Assembly: GCA_001816655.1 (NCBI GenBank) | Contig: MHCP01000030.1 | Span: forward strand, 5,623-69,622 | Length of the DNA stretch: 64,000 nt | Direction: 5' to 3' | Source: Candidatus Woykebacteria bacterium RBG_13_40_15 | Lineage (GTDB): Bacteria; Patescibacteriota; Microgenomatia; Woykebacterales; RBG-16-39-9b | In this document: positions 57,837 through 64,000 of the stretch, one piece after another | Layout of the letters: each line of letters opens with the position of its first letter | Numbering within the stretch: position 1 is the first letter of the stretch | Translations under genes and position numbers: made by a program | The notes under the pieces: generated by a model | Seen by the model: the letters and a program-made list of their open reading frames with translations, nothing else | What the model was told of the DNA's origin: nothing | Databases searched by the model: none

Positions 57837-59232
57837 TTACTTTTGAAACTTCAGATATTCTTTTTTCCAAGTCCTCTTTTTTGGTTGTTTCCACATTTAA
57901 CCTAACGAGTGGGTCGTTCAGTGATGGCCTAACATTAAAATGCCAGTCGGGAAATTCGACCGAAACTCCATCTAGAAAGTAAGCATTCGGCATATTTTTA
58001 TAGACTTCCTTAATTGATCCAATGGTTTTTTCCCGATCAGAAACCTCAAAATTTATTTCACCAGAAGGATAATATTCACCAATTTCGGATAAAAGAGCGG
58101 AGAGGGGCTTTTTTTCCTCTGTCATAATGTCCAGTATTGTTAGGAATGGGATCAAGTCATTTTCAGCATAATATGTATGCTTATAGTAATAGTGCCCACT
58201 GAGTTCACCTGCAAAAAACGCATCTACTTCACGGTTTTTTTGTTTTATAAAAGCATGCCCAGTTCTCTGCATAATCGCCCGACCGCCTAATTTCGTTACC
58301 CAATTCTTGACAGCCCAACTAGAAGGAGTATTGTAAACAACAGCGACCCCTGGGTTTCTTTTTAGGAAATATTTGGCAAAAAGAACGGTAATAAAGTCAC
58401 CCGGTACAAGATCCCCTTTCTCATCAATAAACATTATCCTATCCCCATCTCCGTCCCACATTACTCCAAGATCAGCTTTTTCTTTTAGAACCGCTTCTCG
58501 TGCCTCCTCTCGGTTTTCTGGAATCAATGGATTTGGGTCATGAGCTGGGAAGTCTCCATTCGGTTCAAAATTGAGTTTAATAACATCACTATTCAGCCTC
58601 GGAAGTATTTTTTCCAGCGGCTTAAACATCGGACCACTACTTGAATCAAGAACCAGTTTAAATTTTGCTATTTTTGCAGGGTTTATAAATCTACATACGC
58701 TTTCTACATAATCATCCACAATATCTACTTTCTTAATTGATCCTTTTGGCCCAACGCTGGTAAAATTGCCTGCCAGGGCTATATTGCGCAGTTCTTCTAT
58801 TCCTGACCCCGACCCAATAATATCAGCATCCTTGCGAACCATCTTAAAACCATTGATTTCTCTTGGGGTGTGGGACGCCGTAATATTAACAGCAGCGTCA
58901 TAATCGTATCTTCCTGAGGCAAAATAAACCATACTAGTAGTCGTAATTCCTAAATCAAAGACATCTACACCAGCATCGCCAAGGCCTTCCGTAAATTTTT
59001 CGAAAAATTTATTTGCTGAAAGACGAGTATCGCGACCAACTAGTACTTTTTTAGGTTTGAGGTATTCTGCAAAAGCTCGAGCAATTATGTAAACCTGCTC
59101 GGTGTCTATTGGGGCTAGAATTGTTTCTGGTTTTCCGACTATTCCAAAATAAATACTACGTTTATCAACTAACCATGGCACAATTCCTCTTATATCGCAG
59201 TCACGAAAAAGTCTTGGGTTTATTATCGACAT
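57814..59232 (-). CDS. Phosphomannomutase/phosphoglucomutase
   Basis: DIRG, TASH, DGDGDR, GELSGH, RPS. Confidence 0.93.
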   Translation of the reverse strand: MSIINPRLFRDCDIRGIVPWLVDKRSIYFGIVGKPETILAPIDTEQVYIIARAFAEYLKPKKVLVGRDTRLSANKFFEKFTEGLGDAGVDVFDLGITTTSMVYFASGRYDYDAAVNITASHTPREINGFKMVRKDADIIGSGSGIEELRNIALAGNFTSVGPKGSIKKVDIVDDYVESVCRFINPAKIAKFKLVLDSSSGPMFKPLEKILPRLNSDVIKLNFEPNGDFPAHDPNPLIPENREEAREAVLKEKADLGVMWDGDGDRIMFIDEKGDLVPGDFITVLFAKYFLKRNPGVAVVYNTPSSWAVKNWVTKLGGRAIMQRTGHAFIKQKNREVDAFFAGELSGHYYYKHTYYAENDLIPFLTILDIMTEEKKPLSALLSEIGEYYPSGEINFEVSDREKTIGSIKEVYKNMPNAYFLDGVSVEFPDWHFNVRPSLNDPLVRLNVETTKKEDLEKRISEVSKVIGGKLVP

Positions 59233-59308
59233 TTAACCTCTTGAAACTTAGATTATCGAGCTAGAAAGCAAGATCTATTATAACCAAGAATGAATAGCGG
59301 GGGCAAGT

Positions 59309-59845
59309 TTAAGCGTTTATTTCTGCTGGCTTAATTTTTTTAACAACCCTTAAAGCCAATTCATAGCCCCCAAAGAAAACGCCTGTGTAAAATAAATCGC
59401 CGAGAAGTGTGTTTCGGAAAAATGGAATGGCTAAAGTATAGCAAGTGGTCAATCCCACAAGGTTTTTTGGATACCAAGCAAACCAAACTGCAAAATTAGT
59501 TACAAGAAAAAACAAAAGAGATGAACCAATTGCGGCGAAAATAACATTTGTCGGCGACTTCCTTTTCGAAAGACCTAAACCAATTAAACCGGTCAACACA
59601 AAAGAGCCGTAAACTGAAAACATTACGATAGGGGAGTAAAAACCAATGAATAGATCACTCACCAACATTGCGACAATTGGCACCAAAAGGGCATATTTAC
59701 GGTTTAAATAAACGCCTCCAAATAGAGCCATAGCAGCGATTGGGGTGAAGTTTGGCACATGTGGTATCAAACGTAATGATACCGCAATGAAAATTATCAA
59801 TAATGGATTGACCAATCTTTCGGCACACTTCTTCAAAATTTCCAT
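59309..59845 (-). CDS. DUF6580-type membrane protein (putative cobalamin transporter / ECF-S-like)
   Basis: RLIPHVPNFTPIAAMALF, FFLVTNF, AIPFFRN; downstream of the B12 riboswitch. Confidence 0.75.
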   Translation of the reverse strand: MEILKKCAERLVNPLLIIFIAVSLRLIPHVPNFTPIAAMALFGGVYLNRKYALLVPIVAMLVSDLFIGFYSPIVMFSVYGSFVLTGLIGLGLSKRKSPTNVIFAAIGSSLLFFLVTNFAVWFAWYPKNLVGLTTCYTLAIPFFRNTLLGDLFYTGVFFGGYELALRVVKKIKPAEINA

Positions 59846-59848
59846 ACC

Positions 59849-59874
59849 ATATTAATAGATAGTAATATAGTGGC
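59849..59874. repeat. 26-bp intergenic repeat, copy 2
   Basis: Identical to 16807-16832. Confidence 0.85.
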
Positions 59875-60321
59875 CTAAAACTTACTAAGACGCCACTCTA
59901 TTTTATCCCCGTCGCGAACTACATAAGAACCTGCACCCACTTGAGAAGATTTCCCATTAATGATCAATTCCCAATATTCGTTTTTGGAAGAGTCCGCTTT
60001 CTCGCCGTTTATAGCGGTTACAAAAGCATCTTTGCCTTCTCCGGTTTTCTCGACAGTTGCGACGCTAGAAGTCAGATCCAAAGCTGTCTTGTCTTCTTCG
60101 ATTTCTACATCTTTAGCTGTTTGACTGCTTAAAATTTTCTGATCTACAGCAGAATTGATTATTATACTTACTTTTATTTTATTTATCTCTTCTGCTTGAT
60201 TATTTGTTGCGGAGGCAACTTCACCACTACGCCGTACATTAACAATAGCCGAATAGGCACCAATTACTGTAAAGGCTATTAAAACTACCGCTATTAACTT
60301 ATTATTTTGATTATTTCTCAT
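59875..60321 (-). CDS. DUF4430 (transcobalamin C-terminal-like) membrane-anchored protein
   Basis: FVTAING, YW...NGK.SQVGA, GDKIEW; likely start is the ATG at 60321. Confidence 0.82.
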   Translation of the reverse strand: MRNNQNNKLIAVVLIAFTVIGAYSAIVNVRRSGEVASATNNQAEEINKIKVSIIINSAVDQKILSSQTAKDVEIEEDKTALDLTSSVATVEKTGEGKDAFVTAINGEKADSSKNEYWELIINGKSSQVGAGSYVVRDGDKIEWRLSKF

Positions 60322-60333
60322 AAATATGGCCAC

Positions 60334-60363
60334 AAAAAACCAGCCTCGCAAAATTAGCTGGTT
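60334..60363 (-). terminator. Attenuator terminator of the riboswitch leader
   Basis: Minus strand AACCAGC...GCTGGTT-TTTT just upstream of the DUF4430 ATG. Confidence 0.65.
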
Positions 60364-60389
60364 GCACATTCACCTCCTTTGCGCGAAGT

Positions 60390-60408
60390 GTCCGCCAGCT
60401 GGCGGATC
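60390..60408. repeat. Palindromic element, second copy
   Basis: GTCCGCCAGCTGGCGGATC. Confidence 0.85.
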
Positions 60409-60552
60409 AAAGGCGGGGTTCTGGGTTTTACCACGATTAAACATTGAACTTGTTCGATGTTTAACGCCTACAAAAAGCAGGCATTTTATCGGGGTTACAG
60501 TAGCGGCACTCCCCTGGAATCTCACCAGGCTTCACCCGTTTTCCTCTGAATT
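60409..60552 (-). ncRNA. Cobalamin riboswitch
   Basis: Minus strand AACGGG-TGAAG-CCTGGTGAGATTCCAGG-GGAGTGCCGCTACTGTAA ... AAACCCAGAACCCCGCC; upstream of B12-binding/transport genes. Confidence 0.8.
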
Positions 60553-60695
60553 AAATTTTTAATGTGAAACTACTTTACAAAAAATTATCTCTAGCTGTCA
60601 ATCTAGCATTCGCTATTCCCGCAAGAATAGAATCGCTCGTAGCTTATGCCTTTTCACTTCGTTTAAAGCCAGCTACTCCGCGTCCTTATCTTGCG

Positions 60696-63176
60696 CTAAC
60701 ATTCACTGTTACCGCAAGAATAGCACTTTTTGCAGCCTTCTTCGTAGACAAAAGCGGCTACACCGCATTTTGGACAAATATCACGTCGAGTTTCTATTTT
60801 TAGTGATTTTGTAGATACAGCCGGCTGTACCACCATCGGTTCTTTTATCTCCACCGGTTTTTCTTCTTTCTCAGTTTCAATCTTGCCGTTACCATTTCCA
60901 TTTTCTCCAGTCTCAAGTATTGGTCTCAGACCTTGTTCCGACAGATACTCTGACAAAACTTTAGAAACAGCATCTGCCAGGGAGTAAACTCGATCCATAC
61001 CAAAACCTCGCTGGCTTGAACCACCGATACCTGTTAATTGGTTTACTATCTGCCGAGCAACTTCTTTAGGAGAGTAGCCAGACGGTATACGAAGAGCCAG
61101 AGAAACTAATCTTCCAATGGCTTCGGCATCGGCAGCGATATCACTTCCGGCCTTACCGACAGTTATAAAAACTTCAAAAGGATTGCCCTCGCTATCAGCA
61201 TTAATTGTCACAAAAGCGTGCCCCACCGGAGTAGCAATTCGGCGGGTAATTCCTTGCAAATAATCTGGGCGCTTTCTTAAGTGTACGGGATAATTGATAT
61301 TTGGAGTTGAAACTTTGGTTGGTTGTTTCTGTTCTACTTCTTTTGTCTTCTTTTCGCTCTCAGCATGGGAAAGCACACCTTCTCTACTACCGTCACGCAT
61401 ATAAGTAATTCCCTTACAGCCAAGTTCGTAGGCTAAATTGTAAAGTTTTTTAACATCTTCAACACTATGGGTATTTGGGGCATTAACGGTTTTAGATATC
61501 GAAGCGTCTGTATATTCTTGAATTGCCGCTTGCATTTTAACATGTTCCTCTGGGGTAAGTTCGTTTGCTGAAACAAAATAATCTGGGTGAGACTCTCCTG
61601 GGTGTTCTTCCTGCCATTTTTTATAAAGTGGGTGGTAAATTATATGTTCGCCGATCCTATCACGCCGAATCATGGTAAAGTCAAAAACAGGCTCTATGCC
61701 GCTTGAAACATCGCTAAACAAACTGGTACTCCCCGTTGGGGCTTGGGTCAACAAAACTGAGTTACGGATACCGTTTTTTACAATTTTACTCCTTATACTT
61801 TCTGGCAATTTTTTTATGAAGGGACGCTGAAGGTATTTCTCTTTGTCAAATTTTTGAAAAATCCCCTTCTCGATAGCTAAATCTGCACTTGCATCGTAGA
61901 CCGCATCTCTAATTATCTTGTATATTTTATGTACAACCGATATGCTCTCATCACTACCGTATCGCAACCCCATCAAAATCAGAGCATCGCCCAAGCCTAA
62001 GGTTCCCAAACCAATTCGACGTGTATCAAGCTGAGTTTCTTCATTTTCTTTGTAGTAGTACCCAGTGGCATCAATCACATTGTCCATAAAGCGGACAGCT
62101 TTACGAACAGTGTCCTCCAGAAACTCATAATCCATCTTTCCATCTTTGACAAACTTAGTTAAATTTATGGATCCTAAATTGCAAACAGCCCAGGGACCTA
62201 GCGGCTGTTCACCACAAGGATTGGTGCAAATAAGTTTTTCAAAATACCCGGTATTGCTTTGCTTATTCGCCCTCTCCATAAAATAAATACCCGGTTCAGC
62301 CGATTCCCAAGCAGCTTGGCAAATCTTGTCCCAAATTTCTCTCGCCCTAACAGTTTTGTAGACTTTGACATTTTTACCAAGAGCAATCCAGTTTTCTAAG
62401 TTGCCGTCCCAAATCTTGTCGTAATCTGGCTCATCAATATCCGGAAAAACCAAATCCCAGTTTTTATCTTCTTTCACAGCTTCCATAAACTTGTCAGAGA
62501 TACAAATTGAAAGATTAGCTCCATTTATCCTCGTCAAATCCTTCTTTACCTCTATAAATTCAACCACATCCGGATGCCAGTCATTTAACATCAGCATCAA
62601 AGCTCCCCGCCGAGTCCCCCCTTGTTGAATAACATCATGGGTAGCTGTCGAATAGAGGGCGGCCCAGTTTACCGGCCCAGAGCTAGTACCATTTACTTTC
62701 TTTACCCTAGCACCACGGGGGCGAAGAGAAGAAATGTTAACACCCGCTCCGCCTGAACGGCTAAAAATATCAACCATCACTTTTAAGTTATCGAGTATGC
62801 CATCTCGCGAATCGTGGGGAGAGGGAATCACGAAACAATTGTAAAAAGTTACCTCATAAGGTGTTCCTGCTCCTGAAAGGATCCTTCCACCGGCTACAAA
62901 TTTGAAATCTTTCAGAATATCATAGAATTTAACTGTAAACTCTTTTCTCTTTTTCTTTGTTTTTTCGACTTGAGCAATTCCAGCTGCTACACGTCTCCAC
63001 ATCTGCTCGGGATATTTTTCGGTTGGATTTCCACTCTCATCTTTAAGGGAATAGCGATCCATAAAAACTTTTTCCCTCATACCGTCTAGAGTGGTTTGGG
63101 ATGGATCAATAATTAAAGCCTCAAGCTCATTTTGTAACTTTTGACTAAATTTTCCGCGGCTAATTTTTGCCCTCAT
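60696..63176 (-). CDS. nrdJ: Adenosylcobalamin-dependent (class II) ribonucleotide reductase
   Basis: NCF, RRGA, TNPCGEQ, CNLGS, APTG, SKTVN, C-terminal TSCPD domain and Cys-rich tail. Confidence 0.95.
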   Translation of the reverse strand: MRAKISRGKFSQKLQNELEALIIDPSQTTLDGMREKVFMDRYSLKDESGNPTEKYPEQMWRRVAAGIAQVEKTKKKRKEFTVKFYDILKDFKFVAGGRILSGAGTPYEVTFYNCFVIPSPHDSRDGILDNLKVMVDIFSRSGGAGVNISSLRPRGARVKKVNGTSSGPVNWAALYSTATHDVIQQGGTRRGALMLMLNDWHPDVVEFIEVKKDLTRINGANLSICISDKFMEAVKEDKNWDLVFPDIDEPDYDKIWDGNLENWIALGKNVKVYKTVRAREIWDKICQAAWESAEPGIYFMERANKQSNTGYFEKLICTNPCGEQPLGPWAVCNLGSINLTKFVKDGKMDYEFLEDTVRKAVRFMDNVIDATGYYYKENEETQLDTRRIGLGTLGLGDALILMGLRYGSDESISVVHKIYKIIRDAVYDASADLAIEKGIFQKFDKEKYLQRPFIKKLPESIRSKIVKNGIRNSVLLTQAPTGSTSLFSDVSSGIEPVFDFTMIRRDRIGEHIIYHPLYKKWQEEHPGESHPDYFVSANELTPEEHVKMQAAIQEYTDASISKTVNAPNTHSVEDVKKLYNLAYELGCKGITYMRDGSREGVLSHAESEKKTKEVEQKQPTKVSTPNINYPVHLRKRPDYLQGITRRIATPVGHAFVTINADSEGNPFEVFITVGKAGSDIAADAEAIGRLVSLALRIPSGYSPKEVARQIVNQLTGIGGSSQRGFGMDRVYSLADAVSKVLSEYLSEQGLRPILETGENGNGNGKIETEKEEKPVEIKEPMVVQPAVSTKSLKIETRRDICPKCGVAAFVYEEGCKKCYSCGNSEC

Positions 63177-63185
63177 ACAATCTTT

Positions 63186-63659
63186 CTAAGCCGATCTAAT
63201 TGGTTTATCTGAATTTAGCAAGTTGTGAACTTCTTTTTCAAAAGATTCTAGATCCTCAAATTGGCGATAAACCGAAGCAAATCTGATATAAGCTACCTTG
63301 TCTAGAACACGCAACCGTCTCATGACCATCTCTCCAATCACGCGGCTGGAAATTTCTGTGGTCTCTCGTTTTCTGAGATCTTGTTCAATTTCGCTAACTG
63401 TTTCTTCAATTGTTTCCATAGAGATAGGCCTTTTCTCACAAGCTTTTTTTAGACCCATTAGAAGTTTATCGCGATTAAATTGTTCTCTCCGACCATCTTT
63501 TTTTATGACAGCCAAATCAACCGTATCTACTCTCTCATATGTGGTGAAACGCTTATTACATTTCAAGCATTCCCGCCGTCTCCTGACTGAAGAAAGATCC
63601 TCGGAATCCCTTGAATCCAAAACCTGATTCTCGTTATGGGCACAATAAGGACACTTCAT
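63186..63659 (-). CDS. nrdR: Transcriptional repressor NrdR
   Basis: MKCPYC, RRRREC..C..RFTTYE, ATP cone, AYIRFASVY. Confidence 0.98.
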   Translation of the reverse strand: MKCPYCAHNENQVLDSRDSEDLSSVRRRRECLKCNKRFTTYERVDTVDLAVIKKDGRREQFNRDKLLMGLKKACEKRPISMETIEETVSEIEQDLRKRETTEISSRVIGEMVMRRLRVLDKVAYIRFASVYRQFEDLESFEKEVHNLLNSDKPIRSA

Positions 63660-63755
63660 AGCTTTAACCTTCAAAAAAATTAGACTCTGTCCTAGAAATT
63701 CACCCGCTTCGCATCAAAAAAGAGGCCAAAACAAAGTTTACTGAAAGCTCGCCAA

Positions 63756-63810
63756 GCACAATATGTTGAGTCTATAAATAACTGTAACACCAAGATCTTG
63801 AGATTGTCAA
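63756..63810 (-). promoter_or_regulatory. Tandem NrdR boxes overlapping the nrdR-nrdJ promoter
   Basis: GCACAATATGTTGAGT (63756) and CACCAAGATCTTGAGA (63788), 32 bp apart; minus-strand TTGACA at 63805-63810. Confidence 0.72.
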
Positions 63811-63887
63811 GATAGTTTGAGACCCTTTGTAGCAGAAGTTAACCTTAGGTTATAGTAACTAACAAAAAACCTCTTATACTGCTTGCT

Positions 63888-64000
<113 letters not shown>

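Noticed and set aside
60322-60369. Extended GTG start for the DUF4430 gene
   Set aside because: The extension runs through the riboswitch terminator hairpin; the ATG at 60321 gives a normal N-terminal anchor. An SD-like AAGGAGGTGA does precede the longer start, so it is not fully excluded.
60696-63176. Intein or intron in nrdJ
   Set aside because: Motif spacing and length fit an uninterrupted enzyme; no splicing motifs were seen.

Overview
AT-rich, gene-dense bacterial chromosome segment. The gene content suggests a Patescibacteria/CPR (Microgenomates-like) genome; this is inference from class I LysRS, a short TsaB, an archaeal-type PyrH, a protease-less Lon and short palindromic insertions. 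Layout: surface-glycan locus (1-17.6 kb), a four-helix-bundle gene and secA, then prfB, ftsEX/M23, tsaE/tsaB, uppP/uppS, serS, lysK, greA, heliorhodopsin, tRNA-Glu, and a B12 module (cobalamin riboswitch, transporter genes, nrdJ, nrdR). Main finding: behind secA lies an array of four cargo cassettes (arsenic resistance, toxin-antitoxin, NYN nuclease, a 951-aa DHH/lectin-fold fusion). Each cassette is closed by another copy of the secA 3' end (SEC-C tail), preceded by a shared ~27-bp arm, and no integrase is present in the window. Other notable signals: a tRNA-Glu nested inside a second, interrupted tRNA-like gene; a decarboxylase/GNAT-like/histidine-kinase cluster that may be a small-molecule signalling module; and an identical palindrome inserted in lysK and in the riboswitch leader. 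All calls come from reading motifs by eye; no searches were run.
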